64,000 nt of DNA from Azolla caroliniana (GCA_043228905.1 JBHGNT010000031.1:272883-336882); one strand, 5' to 3'; positions 51,003 through 64,000 are shown, counted from the stretch's first letter. A program made the numbers and translations. The notes: generated from the sequence alone by a model not told the origin.

Positions 51003-52972
51003 CGTGATACCTTGTCATCTTTGTTATAATGTCGATGGCATGGGGCCAATATTTTCCATTTATTCCATAGGATGGTATGCAAATGTTAGTTTTACAAGGC
51101 TTCTTGCACATTTACTTAATAAATTGTTTTGAGAACTCGTGTAAGGGTTGGTAATTATAAATTCAACTTGGCAAATAAGTTCCGAGTTTTGAAGAAAATG
51201 ATTGTGTGTTGTCTGGAGGATTTGAAATTCAAATACAAAAGGAGTTCCATGTATTTAATATTTGTGTTTGTTAAGAGGGCTATTCAAGTCTATTTGAATT
51301 GTTGGTTGTATCTATCAAATATGCATGTTTCCATATTCTTGTATTTACAATTATGTCACGATAAACGAAATATGCACATTGCACACACAAAGAGTTTCGA
51401 TACAGTATAATTTAGGTTATCAACAAACTTGACAAGAGTTGTTGTTCACATAATGATAGGTATATTTAAATCGGTAATAACCTAACTCCACTAGCTACTT
51501 GTTATAATGGGCCGTCTAACCCATTGAGGTTGTTGTCAAGATACCTACATGAAACTTTTAAGATTTTCCCGTGTAAATAGAAATGAAAAGAGAAGAGCTG
51601 AGAAGAAGTTAAATAAATACACATTCCATTTAATGTTTGCGCTATTTTCTCTCCGTAAGAGTTTGAAATTTGGAATAAAGGTACATGATGGTATCTTTAT
51701 CAATATCAATTTTACTTATGATCAAGAAGAAGTATGAAATTGTTGGTGTCGATTTGGTGATAAGATTTAACGTTGATGTCTACAAGAGATCATCACCTAA
51801 CAAATATGGGTGAGTTACTCTACTATACATGCTTCCCACGTGCTAAATATATTGTGCTCCAAGTTATCACATTATTTGATGAACTATTTTGAGTATTACT
51901 TCTAAAGACAACAAAGTTATCAATATCAAATTTATGAGAATTATGAGGGGAGCAGGATCTAATGTAAAAAGGTAAACCTAAAGATGAATCAATCCACAAC
52001 ATAATCATGTGTTGTGTATATTATGGACCTCTAAAGAACTTGTTTGTAGTTTTAGTGGTTTCCAATACCTTGGCGGAGGTATCTCATGAGCATGAATCCA
52101 CACTTAGATGGTACGTGCTTTGTCACCATATATACATTTTCAAAGGGTTGATAATGCACATCATGTTGACTCTCAAAAACAAACTCTTACGTATTTGGAC
52201 TTCAATTCATTACCCAACCATAGGTCCAAGGAAATAATGGATCGTATACAAATATGGACAAAACATCCTATAGGCATTTTGTACACTTCACGTTCACACT
52301 AGGCGATTCACATATCTTGTCCATCTCCCAAAGCCTATATTCATGCATCTGCCCACCTATGTAGAGTGGGTCGGATGTTTCAATAACCATCGAACCATCG
52401 GATTGTAAAGTGATAAATTTCATGACTTGAATTTTTAGTCATAAACACTAGTTTGGAGCCTGCGTTCGTTCTACTTGCATCGAATACATGTTCCACATTC
52501 TAGGCCATCCATCTACATGTCCCATATACTCTTGCACCTCTTGTTGTAACATGTGCAAAAAGCTTGTTCTTTCTAGCAATGAGCTAGCTCATTTATGTAC
52601 TTTGAATGTGCACATTGGTAAGTTCAAACTAAGTACAAGGTGTGTGTGTGTGCATGTAACTTTTGACATTTTGATTTGATATAATCCCTCCCAAGGAGTC
52701 GCATAACTCCGCAAGAACACTGGCATTTGCTACATTTGGAGGCATACTAGAGAACACAAGGTGGCGATGTGTTCTGCAGTTACTGTTGATGATATATCCC
52801 CGACCACAACGTTGTGACCTAAAGTAAACAATGACAATTTCTTGACAACTAAGCTTAAAAAGTCCCAGGAGCTAGCGAACAGCCCAAACTGCCAAATGAA
52901 AGATGCAGTCGCCCAAATGCCAGTCGAGCGGGACGAGACGAGGAGCACCATACGTGCGAGGGAGCGGGACGA

Positions 52973-53213
52973 TACATTTAGCTTCATTCATGTTTTTTTA
53001 CCAAGCTACCTCACACACCAGAGCTTATCTTCAACTTATATCAACCCTCTCTATCTATCTATCTCTTTCTCTCTCTATCTCTTCTTACTTTAAGTAGTGG
53101 TTGTGGAAGAAGGAAGAGCGAAGGCTTAGAATGATGAGAGGCTACATTTAGCTTCATTCATGTTTTTTTGCCCCCTCACACTCTAGAGCTTATCTTCAAC
53201 TTATATCAACCCT
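52973..53213. repeat. Direct duplication of ~75 bp upstream of the RLK
   Basis: tacatttagcttcattcatgttttt...agagcttatcttcaacttatatcaaccct at 52973 and 53143. Confidence 0.85.
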
Positions 53214-53394
53214 ATCTCTCTCTCTCTCTCTCTCTCTCTAGCTATCTCTATCTCTCTCTATCAATGTATGTAGCTACTACCCAGCTCCGCGCCAGCTAAG
53301 TCATTCTCTCTCTATCACACACACACACACACTCTCTCTCTCTCTCTAAGTAGTATTCCCCCCTTATATCAACCCTCTCATCTACCCCCCTTTG

Positions 53395-53833
53395 TGTGTG
53401 AAACAGAGAGGCCATTCTCTCACTAGACTCTCTCTCTCTTCCCCTGTTTCTCACAGACAGAGAGAGGGGGGCATTCTCTCACAAGACTCTCTCTCTCTCT
53501 CTCTCTCTCTCTTCCCCTGTTTCTCTGAGAGAGTGAAGGGCATTCTCTCACTAGACTCTCTCTCTCTTCCCCTGTTTCTGATAGTGAGAGGGGGGCATTC
53601 TCTCACTAGACTCTCTCTCTTCCCTTGTTTCTCATAGAGAGTGAGGGCCATTCTCTCACTAGACTCTCTCTCTCTTCCCCTGTTCTGAGAGTGAGAGGGA
53701 GGGGGGGGGGCTTTCTCTCACAAGACTCTCTCTCTTCCCCTGTTTCTCAGAGAGAGTGAGGGGCATTCTCTCACAAGACTCTCTCTCTTCCCCTGTTTCT
53801 GAGAGAGAGAGAGAGAGGGGAATTGTCTCACTA

Positions 53834-53878
<45 letters not shown>

Positions 53879-53890
53879 CCTGTTTCTTCC
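53395..53890. repeat. Eight-unit minisatellite of (GA)n/(CT)n modules directly upstream of the RLK
   Basis: Core attctctcac(t/a)agactctctct...tcccctgttt at ~53413, 53472, 53541, 53596, 53649, 53711, 53764 and 53822. Confidence 0.9.
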
Positions 53891-54049
53891 TTCCCCTGCT
53901 CTTGCTGAACCCATTTTTTTTCCCTCTCCTCCTCCTCCTCCTCCTCCTCCTCCTGCACACACACACACACACACCCCTCACTAAAAAAGAAAAGAAAAGA
54001 AAAGAAAAGAAAAGAAAAGAAAGGAAAACAAAATGGCCCCTCCTCCCTC

Positions 54050-56767
54050 ATGTGGAGCTTTGATATAATGGATATGGTGATGAAACAAAACCTGCTCCCC
54101 ATCTCCTCCTCCTCCTTCTTCTTCTTCTTCTCTTTCTTCTCATTATGCTGCTGTTGCTTTCCCTTCACTCTGTTCCTAGCTGCAGATCCAGCCTCTGCTG
54201 CCTCCTCCTCTGGCAGCAGCAGCAGCAGCAGCAGCTATACACCCATTGATAACTACCTTATCAAGTGTGGTGGGGGGCAAGCCAATTTAACCCTAGACAA
54301 TAGGCTATGGCAAGCAGACACAACCTATGCTAACCTTCTCTCATCAGATTCTTCTTCTTCTTCTTCGATCGAAGCTTCCATTGTTGGTAGCCCGATCCCG
54401 CTACTAAACTCATCCCGGATTTTCACCCGGACCGAGAGCTATAGCTTCGCGGTCGCCTCCCCCGGCCCGCATTGGCTCCGCCTCTATTTCTACTCATTCT
54501 CGTACCGCAATTTCACCGAGGCCGCGGCCACGTTCTCGGTTTTGGCCGTGTCGGGCTCGTCCCAATACACGCTCCTCCACAACTTCAACCCGGCCTCCTC
54601 CTCGGCCAAACTCATCCCTAGCCCTAGCTACCTAGGCAACTACACCGGCTTCTTCTTCAAGGAGTATACCCTCAACATATCCTCTTCCCCCTTTCTCCTC
54701 ACCTTCATACCCTCGGGAGGGCCCGATGCCTACGCATTCATCAATGCGATCGAATTCATCTCGGCCCCACCCGAGCTCATCCCCGACGATCCCTACATGC
54801 TTGGGTCCAATTCCCTTGCCCCCATCGGACCCTCCTCCATGGCTATAGAGACCATGTATAGGATCAATGTCGGCGGCCCCCTAGTCACCCCGACCAACGA
54901 CACTTCGGGCCTTTACCGGACCTGGCTCCCCAATGAGAGCTACCTCGACTCGAACCTCGGTGTCTCGGAAATCAATTCCACCCTCGATTCGATCTTGTAT
55001 ACCCAATCGGGATCAGATGCGCAGATCGCCCCTCCCATCGTGTATAGCACCGCGTTGCAAATCGAGAACCCGCAAGAGACGGCTTCGGTCGGGTTCAACC
55101 TCTCATGGGATCTCGAGGTTGAGCCGAACTTCACCTATGTCGTAAGGTTCCATCTGTGCGAGCTGCAGTATAGCACCGGAGGTAAGAGGTATTTCAATCT
55201 TTACTTGCAAAACCAGAGTGCCTACAGCCAGCTTGATTTAGGGCAAATGTATCAAGAATATGTGGCAATACACATGGATTTCACGGTGCCAGTGGCCGAA
55301 GATTCTTCGAATCTTCGGGTTCAAGCGGGACCTCCTCCAAATGTGGGCTCCAACATCTTCACCGAAGCGATCGTGAATGGTATCGAGGTGTGGAAACTAA
55401 GCAATTCGGAGGGGAGTTTGGATGGGGTTTCGGAACATTTGATGGGGTCTTCGCACACGAATTCTAAAACCCCTCTAGCACCGATCGTAGGGGGTGCGGT
55501 TGGTGGTGCCATGGCCGCTTTCGCACTCGTGATGGCCATCGTGTGCTTATGTTGCCGGCAAAGAGCCAAGGTTGTGAAGCAACCTGTTTCTACATGGGTT
55601 CCCCTAACATTAATGCACGAGGGACATTCGGCTAGCGTGGTAAGCAAAGCGACCGTAGCCGGAAGTTACGCGTCCTCGGCACCATCCACCATGGCCGGGA
55701 GAGTGTTTACGTTCGCCGAGATTCTCGAGGCCACCCGGAACTTTGACGAGGCCCTAGTCATTGGTGTGGGCGGGTTCGGAAAGGTGTACCAAGCACACCT
55801 CGATGACGGTACGAAAGTGGCCATAAAGAGAGGCAACCCAAGGTCTGAACAAGGCATCATGGAGTTCCAAACAGAGATTGACATGCTCTCGAAGCTTCGG
55901 CACCGGCACCTTGTGTCATTGATAGGGTATTGCAATGAGAATCATGAGATGGTATTGGTCTATGAGTTCATGGCCAATGGGCCCTTGAGAAGCCATCTCT
56001 ACGGCACGAGCTTGCCTCCTCTCTCGTGGAAACAAAGGCTAGAGATATGTGTGGGCGCAGCACGAGGCCTTCATTATCTTCACACGGGAGCGATGCGATG
56101 TATAATCCACCGAGACGTGAAGACGACCAACATTCTCTTGGATGAGAACTTGGTGGCCAAAGTGTCGGATTTCGGGCTGTCAAAGACGGGTCCCGACCTC
56201 GACCAATCGCATGTGAGCACTGCGGTGAAGGGGAGCTTCGGGTACCTCGACCCCGAGTATTTCCGGAGGCAACAACTGACCGACAAGTCGGACGTGTATT
56301 CGTTCGGGGTGGTCCTCATGGAGGTGATATGTGCTCGGCCGGCAATCAACCCGACCCTCCCGAGGGAGCAAGTGAACATGGCGGAGTGGGCGATGCATTG
56401 GCAAAGGAAAGGCATGTTGGAGGATGTTATGGACCCAAACTTAGCTGGGAATATATGTAGGGATTCATTGGACATATTTGGGAAAACTGCTGAGAAGTGT
56501 TTGGCTGAGGATGGGGCTAGTAGGCCCACCATGGGTCAAGTCTTGTGGAGCCTTGAGTATGCCTTGCAGCTTCAAGATAGGTCACTCCTAGGGGCCATGT
56601 CCACAAGCATAGACAATGAGGAGGGCCATACCAATAATGTAGTGCTGCCTAGGCTTGATGAGGAAGAAGAGAACCATAGGGTTGACCATGATGATGATGA
56701 TGATGATGATGACACAGAGGATATTAGCATGAGTGCTGTCTTCTCACAAATGGTGAGACCTCATTGA
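54050..56767 (+). CDS. THE1-like: CrRLK1L malectin-like receptor-like kinase, THESEUS1-like, intronless
   Basis: 905-aa ORF with a hydrophobic N-terminus and a malectin-like ectodomain (YLIKCG, WLRLYF, AFINAIE, ETMYRINVGG, RTW, VRFHLCE, IVNGIEVWK). One TM helix. Kinase motifs GVGGFGKVY, VAIKRGNPRSEQG, HRDVKTTN, DFGLSKTGP and KGSFGYLDPEYFRRQQLT. The true start may be a later Met (54068-54080). Confidence 0.96.
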   Translation: MWSFDIMDMVMKQNLLPISSSSFFFFFSFFSLCCCCFPFTLFLAADPASAASSSGSSSSSSSYTPIDNYLIKCGGGQANLTLDNRLWQADTTYANLLSSDSSSSSSIEASIVGSPIPLLNSSRIFTRTESYSFAVASPGPHWLRLYFYSFSYRNFTEAAATFSVLAVSGSSQYTLLHNFNPASSSAKLIPSPSYLGNYTGFFFKEYTLNISSSPFLLTFIPSGGPDAYAFINAIEFISAPPELIPDDPYMLGSNSLAPIGPSSMAIETMYRINVGGPLVTPTNDTSGLYRTWLPNESYLDSNLGVSEINSTLDSILYTQSGSDAQIAPPIVYSTALQIENPQETASVGFNLSWDLEVEPNFTYVVRFHLCELQYSTGGKRYFNLYLQNQSAYSQLDLGQMYQEYVAIHMDFTVPVAEDSSNLRVQAGPPPNVGSNIFTEAIVNGIEVWKLSNSEGSLDGVSEHLMGSSHTNSKTPLAPIVGGAVGGAMAAFALVMAIVCLCCRQRAKVVKQPVSTWVPLTLMHEGHSASVVSKATVAGSYASSAPSTMAGRVFTFAEILEATRNFDEALVIGVGGFGKVYQAHLDDGTKVAIKRGNPRSEQGIMEFQTEIDMLSKLRHRHLVSLIGYCNENHEMVLVYEFMANGPLRSHLYGTSLPPLSWKQRLEICVGAARGLHYLHTGAMRCIIHRDVKTTNILLDENLVAKVSDFGLSKTGPDLDQSHVSTAVKGSFGYLDPEYFRRQQLTDKSDVYSFGVVLMEVICARPAINPTLPREQVNMAEWAMHWQRKGMLEDVMDPNLAGNICRDSLDIFGKTAEKCLAEDGASRPTMGQVLWSLEYALQLQDRSLLGAMSTSIDNEEGHTNNVVLPRLDEEEENHRVDHDDDDDDDDTEDISMSAVFSQMVRPH

Positions 56768-59700
56768 GAGACCTTTGGGTTTTTATTTAATTTTTTTTTC
56801 CCCTCTCTTGTAATATTTGACATCAATTTTTTCTTTTCTCTTTTTCTCTTGTATAATTTGTGCATGGATTAAAACCTAGACTTTGAAAGTTTTATATTGA
56901 TATGTGTATAATTATTTTGTAAAGAGATAACTTATCATCATATAATTCTTCTCCCTTCTTCATTAGTGTTTGGAAAACATTATGGATATGTAGATTGAAA
57001 TGCATTCATTGGATATGTATGTACATGGATTTCAATGTTAATTTCAATCCTTTTGAAGATCATGTGAGTGCATGATTGATCTTCCTTGTTCTTCCTATAA
57101 CCCATCTCATGCCAGATGAGAAACTAGAGTTGTTTCCATAGCAACCTCCATTAGAATGAATGCTTCATTTTACTTAGACTATGGCTCCTCATGAGGAAGA
57201 AAAATGTTGGCTTGTAATTGATCATCCTTCGAGATCATGTTAGCACTTGTCCTCCTACATATTTGTTCACACAAAATGATGATAAAATTCACATGCCATT
57301 TAAGCATGTATTAAGCATATTTCTATGTCGGTGGTTTCCATTGCTTCCTTTTTTTTGTTTGCATCAAGATCTTGTGTGGAATTTCACTCAAGTGGTCACT
57401 TTACATGATCATCATCTTGTCGCATTGTATAGTTTCAGCAATTATGTGAATGAAGCCTTCGTAGGACTTGAATTGTGGCCCACAATAAGGAGTCCCACAT
57501 TTTTATGATTTTATCATGGTAAGGCTGCCAATACACGAACATTTACTCTATTGCATTGAATGTTGATAAATAAACATGAAATAAGAATATAAATGTGAAG
57601 CCCACTAGATAGAAAAAGGTCTTTGATCAAGTGATAATGTCAAAAAGATCGTCCACTTTGTTGACCTTGTCCAATTGTTGATCCCTCTCTGCATCCACAC
57701 CTACATTGCAAACAAAGGAATTTAGTTTTTAAAAACAACACAAATTTTAGGTTTTCTTCAATTACCTAAATAATATGTGCTTAGAAGTATGCGTGACACG
57801 TGCTTTTCGCTTCATTTTGCCAAAAAACAAAGTGGGTATCTTCTCTTCACTATAGTGATACGAATCATCCAAGGTCATGTATCATGTTTACATGTATTCA
57901 TAATGATCTTTGATGCATGCATGAATCATCTCTTCTTTATAAACCCAAGAATGCATCATGGGATACACATCAATTGTGATAATAGATGTTTGTCCACATT
58001 ACAAACTAATGTGCGAATATGATGCATGTCAATAATTGAGGTACGAATTCATGTATTCCCTTGGGGAATATATGAATTCTGAGCCCAAGACATCAATGTC
58101 AATGTGGAGACACACTTCAAACTTTTTGAAACATATGAATGATATATCTCAAAGTCATTACATTGCGTGCACATATGAACAAAACTCATACGATGTTACT
58201 AGATATTTCAAAGAAAGACGTCCACTCCACTATACAAAAAATTTCTCTCATCTATAGTTAGATTCTAAAAGCGATGTAGTGGATATGTATACGTATAATG
58301 AGAACCCAATGATCTAGACCCGAAGTTATTTTAAAACAAGTAGCTTTTGTGACATCATGAGTTAAAATGATCTAAAGGCTAATATCATTAAATAATTAGA
58401 ATTGTCAGCCAACTTCAACATTAGATGATTCCTAGGAAAAAAATGGCTACAAGTTACAACTTTAATGATGACACTTCTATTCTAAGATGTACACTGTAGA
58501 GCATTACATTCAACCATTTAGGATTTAACACACATCTTACTACAATTTCGATTTATGCATATACCTTAAGTTTGTCAATACCATTGCAATTTTGCTTCGC
58601 AAATTGTCAACCCTCATGCCCATTGACTACTCAGTGATACAAATAAACCACAGAGTTTTATGGATGTTTCAAATACATATAGTGGCAAAGTACCACTATA
58701 GATCTATGTCCATAATAACTAGTATATTTGTTTATTACTACTTGAATGAACACCTTGAAACCTAGTTATTTTCTAGTCTAAGTGCACAGCATTGGCCCTT
58801 CATCATACTTCTTGAACATCAAATCTCAAATGTAATACAAATTGCAGTGCATTCTTGTCCAAGAAAACATACTAATTCACAATTGGGCTTCTACTACTGG
58901 AACTCACTTCATTCCTTTCCCATGCTTGACTTTTTCAAAGTTTATAATGTGCATGAGTTAGTAAGACCTTGCTACTTATTTTCTGGTTTACAACTTGCAC
59001 AAACATCCAAATGCGCACAATTTTCCCCAATATTTGAAACCATTATAAAAGCCCTTGAGAAATGATGCTATGTTTGACATCGTATCCGTAACTTTCCAAG
59101 TTGTGGGTTCACAGGACCATCTTAGGTATAAGCTAAAGCAAGTTAAAGTTGGTTGTGAAGGAGAAATTTCCATAACAGAACCCGAAACCTGGCTCTCAAA
59201 ATTATTTACCTTGGTTCCAAAACCAATTATTGTAATGCAATTGCTTTCCCATCGATTTCAATGTGTCTTGATCACTTCAGCTTTTCGATGATTTGGACTA
59301 CCATTATTGTACTAAATGCTGCTAGTTGAGGGGCAGCTAACACTCTTGTCACTAGCCTTACATTGACAAAACAAATTCAAATATTATATATGCAGAAACT
59401 ATTCTGGCCACACGAGATTGTACAGGCTACATGCATATATGAATCCATACTACTCATTTCCATCCTGGAAAAAAGTTTATGCTTATCTTTGTGTTTCACT
59501 AAAAGTATTTATATTTAATGTGTGTTCACTCTAAACAAATGAAAGAGTTTGTTCATTCAAACAAATTGCTAGATTTAGGATTTATAACTTCTGATTTTGT
59601 TATTAAGTAACTAATACTTTTCAGTTTTCTGATAAATTCCATGAAATGATATCATTGATGATGGAGAGGGAAGTGAGGTGTGAAAAGTAGAGAATGCAGG

Positions 59701-60082
59701 AAATGATTGCAAAACTCAGAAAAATCACAATCAAAACTGAAAAATAAACTTCAAATTAAGGTCCTCTTTCAACAAGTCCCAGTTTCTGACATATCCGAAG
59801 ATTCTAAAATCGTGCAGATCATAACTCTTACACTTCAATGACTATATAAACAATTCAAAAGCTTTTTGTTTCTTGCGTGGACACAACAGGAGCTCAGTTG
59901 CTTTACAAATTCAATGTTGTTAAAACCAGATATTATTTCTTAGGATATATATACAAACAAGGAAAAAATGCTTCCAAGATACAAATAGGGGGTTGAGTTA
60001 GGTGCTACTTACAATTAGTTAGTGTCAAGCTGGATATATAATCTGTATCCGTGTGTATTGAAATGACCATGAGAAAATCATG

Positions 60083-63000
60083 TCATATTGGCTCTCTTGC
60101 TCTGTCCATATCATCTTTCTTCACCTTACACCTTAGGCATAAGAATGGACCCTCCCATGGCTTCTCATTCATGGAGAAGAAAGCTCCTGCATGCACGGAT
60201 ATGCCTTCACATGGTGTTATATCTATTTGACAAACTGCACAGTGAAACAATCCTGCTGTTGTGGAGGTAGAGACATCCATTCCAAGCCTGAATAAATAAG
60301 CGAACGATAAGGGTCTAAACCTTTTGTGAATGAGCAGAATCTAACAAGTTCACCATAATCCCCAAAAGCTATTATACTCTTATTTGCCACAATTCCCAAT
60401 ATCCTGCAAACTGATGCTTAATCTTATCGGTTTGTATTCTACATCTTTTTCTGTTGATAGTTTTAGTAATTAGGGTTTAATCATCGGTTTATCTGAGCTA
60501 ATACTCCCACGGTCTTGTTATTAGGATATACATCATCACATGTTGATTTAAGAGTTTCTTACAAGATTAAAGTCACAGGGATTTTGCAGACCTTAGAGAG
60601 GCATCTTGTGAATTATGGAAAACTTAGTTCTCACCTGCTTGTCAAAAAACCAGACCCTTGCTCAAAGAGCTCCTCAGCAAGTCCACAGCTAATCTCAATG
60701 GGTTTAATAGGTGCCTTGTTTTTGGATTCTTGTCCGCGACTTTTCCCAAAGAGAAAGCTCTTGATTTTGCTTTGCTTCTTAGGAACAACAGGTACAGTTA
60801 AAGGAAGCTTTGGTGGCATAATGTCCACTACAAGACATGTTGTGTCATCCCAAAGTCCTCTGGCTTTTAAGGCTTCCTGCAGAAATACAAAATCGAAATT
60901 GAGAGGCCACTCATCTGCAATATGATACACTGGTTCAGCTATTGTAACACTTTCAAATTGAGGTGTAATTCTCAAAAGCATGGTAACATATCTACAGATC
61001 GTCCACATGCAGGCAGGCAGGCAGGCATATACCCATTTCTTAATTTCCTACGTCTTTATATCCTTGTCTAGAAGGCTGATTCCTTGAATTTCTCTATCTT
61101 TATATACTTCCCTAGTGAGGTTTTTTTATTTTTATCATTTTCAAGGGTGTCTAATCTGTACCAATTAAGTCTGCAGCACAGTTTCTTATAATCACACAAA
61201 ATCATCTTCTGAAACATGAGAAAAAACAATCTCTGACATCTCAGATACCAATGTCCGAAATTGGTTACTGAATTTTAGTTTCGTTTAGTGTTTCTTGAAA
61301 GGAACTAAAATCTGAAAAGGTTTCTTGTCATTCTAGGATCTGCAGTTAACCAATTTAGGATTTGATCTCATTTCAACGCTTTTCATTACAAGAGTTTCTC
61401 ACCCTGAATATGTACAATTTATTTTCTAGTATAGTCTATGTTGTTGGTAAAAAAGAAATCAAGAATCTACCATTCTCTCCCCATATAAACATTTGCCAGA
61501 TCACCAAGACTAGAGGCAATCGTATCCCACCAATATATGATGTTTTCGAAGAGTAGTATCCTCAGATATATCAAATGGCAAGAAGTAAATATTGTAAGAG
61601 CTTCAAATGTTATTGTTGTATCCACAGAAAAAACAAATCCAGATTACAGCAATGTTCATTCTGTCTCAAATATGAAGCATTATTATTTTTACACTTCATA
61701 AGTCAATTTCCAACACTGTACTCTTATGTGTACGAGGATGCATACAGAAAATGTGGCAATGGACTACAAACCTTAACAATTTGCTTTGCTGCAAGTTCAG
61801 CGGGCAAACCACGAGAACATTTTGCTACCCTTTCACTACTCAAGGCATCCCAAACACCATCTGAAGCAATAATGAGTCGACCACCAGCACTAGAAAGCTA
61901 GAAGAAGACAGAAATAGGATTGCTTATCAATTTTCAGATCATATAGGGTATTCTCAAGTGGTTTTAACATAGATATATCTAAGAGGATGCCAAAATATAA
62001 GAATCAAATTTCACTAACCCAAAAGAAACCTTCAAATTAAAAATATTTAAAGAATCACGTTTCCGTGGGAACAACTCCTCACCTTTACTTGTTTGACATG
62101 GGGTATGGGAACAATGAATTCACCAACATCTATGTCACCAATAGATCTTGAGAGGCATAGGCCACCAGGCCAGCACCTCAAAGGACCAATCTGCAATATG
62201 AAAGCAAGCTTGGATCGAAATCGGAAACACTTACCAATCTTGTTACAACGCCATTTAAAATACAAACTAACTTGGACAAACATCTTAACCTCAACGCCAC
62301 CAGCCAGGCTCAGCCTCCTTACTTCACCTCCACTTGCTGTAACTCTACCCCTTCTATGGCAATACACACACATCATCAGATCTAAAGTATTAAGTTCGTG
62401 AAAGAATTCAGCTATTCGCTGAACAGATGCTAATTTTGCAAGACAAAATAAAAAACTTACTCTTCCACATTTTCTTCCAGTCTGTGATCAATTGTCAGTG
62501 TGGATATAGCACCGCATTGAGAGTCCATGATACAACGTGAATCTCCTACACATGCAACAGTAATTGTCCACCCATCTACTATAACCAATGTAACTGTTGT
62601 CCCGGATTGTTGTTCTGATATTCAATAATATGATGTTACCGACAGAAGAATTAAATCAATTTTGACTGCAATCTAAAATTATATTGTCCAACCTTTGCAT
62701 CGAAACTCCTCGTCTGTTTTGACAAAACCAGCAACTAATGCCCTTGGTAATATTGATAACCATTCTTCTCTGCTAAGATTAGGAGGAAGAGCACCCATCA
62801 CATCCTTCAATAAATTTTCTTTGGCATATGCTGCAGCTGCAACTCCATTATGACCATCTAGGACCTGTATGTATTGAAGGTTATACTTTTTCTTACCACA
62901 GTGTACCTAATAGATATGTAGATCTTATATAATATAAGGATGTGTTTCGGGCCTTGAATCTTGTGGCAAGTATGTTCTGGTGTGAAAAAAACAAGAGGGA

Positions 63001-64000
63001 GAATTATAAACCATCTCCATCTGTACGACGTTACTTGATTTAAAGTAACGAATTCTCTCCATGTTTTTGGTATAATTAGATCGGATTCGCAGATGGAAGA
63101 CCACCAATGCAGTATTCTCTGCATAAACATTTCCTCTCAAATCCAATTACTTAACAATGCATCAAACTACTACATGGCATCACTATGCAAAAACTCTTTA
63201 TCGCCATACCACAACATTAACCTTTGGCCATGCCCTCCAACTGACGCCTAGGTTTACCACATTCAGCAGAGGTAGGCTATCTGTTGGAGATAGCAAACTG
63301 GTAGGAATGCACCTTTATGTTAATGGATAACAATCACATCATAAGAAACTCTTCAACTCATTGTCACATGGGAAAATTACACTCCCACAATCAACAATTG
63401 CAGTGTTGAATGATTTGGAAGCTCAACTAGGAAATCAACCAAGTTACGTTGAAAATGATCCAAAACACATAAGAGTTCAGCGAATTGTTTCATAACTTCT
63501 GCATAAGATCAATTCAAATAAGGTTTTTCCAACGAACCCAAGCATCAGCAAGGTCATAGATTACCACAAAGAGCAGAAAAGTGGAATGTCCACATCCACT
63601 TTACGGCATTTCGTAAGAATCAAAAGGAAGAAGCTGGGAGCTTACCAGAAAGATCACAAGACCCAGAGGAACCTACACATTTTATGTTACCTCACATTTT
63701 GGACGGTAAGGATCCTTACTACAAAGAACTGCATGCAAATAAACTTTTCCATTGATCTTACATGTGACAAGGTCACTCTTTTCCCGTGATCTTCTCATTT
63801 GAAGATTCCAGCGGTAACAATACTGAGAAGATAGATCCTTATCACAAAAACCACAAAGGTAACAACTTATCCATCTAATTTTCAAGCGATCTTACATTCA
63901 TTCAATAACAGGGATGCATTAAGAAGAAGGCCTTGCAGGATAGACCGAAAAAGACAGGAGGATTCGTACCGCAAAGACCGAGAAGCCAGAGGAAGTATCT
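60083..64000 (-). CDS. PP2C: Protein phosphatase 2C (type with C-terminal Cys-rich tail); 5' end lies outside the window
   Basis: Exons: >64000-63970, 62864-62693, 62614-62461, 62353-62290, 62190-62083, 61897-61772, 60876-60635, 60287-60083. All GT-AG with consistent phases. Motifs: FSVFAVLDGHNG, SGTT, VGDSRC, DHRLEEN, GPLRCWPGGLCLSRSIGD, IIASDGVWD and GLWDDTT. Confidence 0.94.

Noticed and set aside
53392-54168. ORFs rich in ER, SL and E runs
   Set aside because: Translations of GA/CT repeats.
57640-57710. Exon-like stretch on the minus strand downstream of PP2C
   Set aside because: PP2C already terminates at 60083 and no homology is recognisable.

Overview
Plant nuclear DNA; a non-seed plant such as a fern is likely, but that is inferred from the retroelement types. 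No CRISPR array, rRNA or tRNA gene was found. There are three host genes. (1) A 12-exon pectin acetylesterase (PAE) on the minus strand (20977-25509, 397 aa), rebuilt exon by exon because the ORF track misses it; it has non-canonical active-site motifs. (2) An intronless CrRLK1L malectin-like receptor kinase of THESEUS1 type (54050-56767, +). (3) A PP2C phosphatase on the minus strand that runs off the window end (60083 to >64000). Most of the rest is retroelement. Bases 1-14970 are a nest: a decayed Copia sits in an older Gypsy gag and itself carries a solo LTR, a half Gypsy and an LTR-less Athila-like segment whose extra ~950-1000-codon coiled-coil ORF is split by another solo LTR. Further on are a young chromovirus with apparently identical TG...TA LTRs, a truncated RT and a stem-loop array in its leader (15518-20286), a Tf1/Tcn1-like fragment with an 11-nt self-priming signature, and an intact young Copia (40723-45895). 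LINE remnants, an hAT MITE and several tandem repeats make up the remainder. All coordinates and alignments were done by eye.
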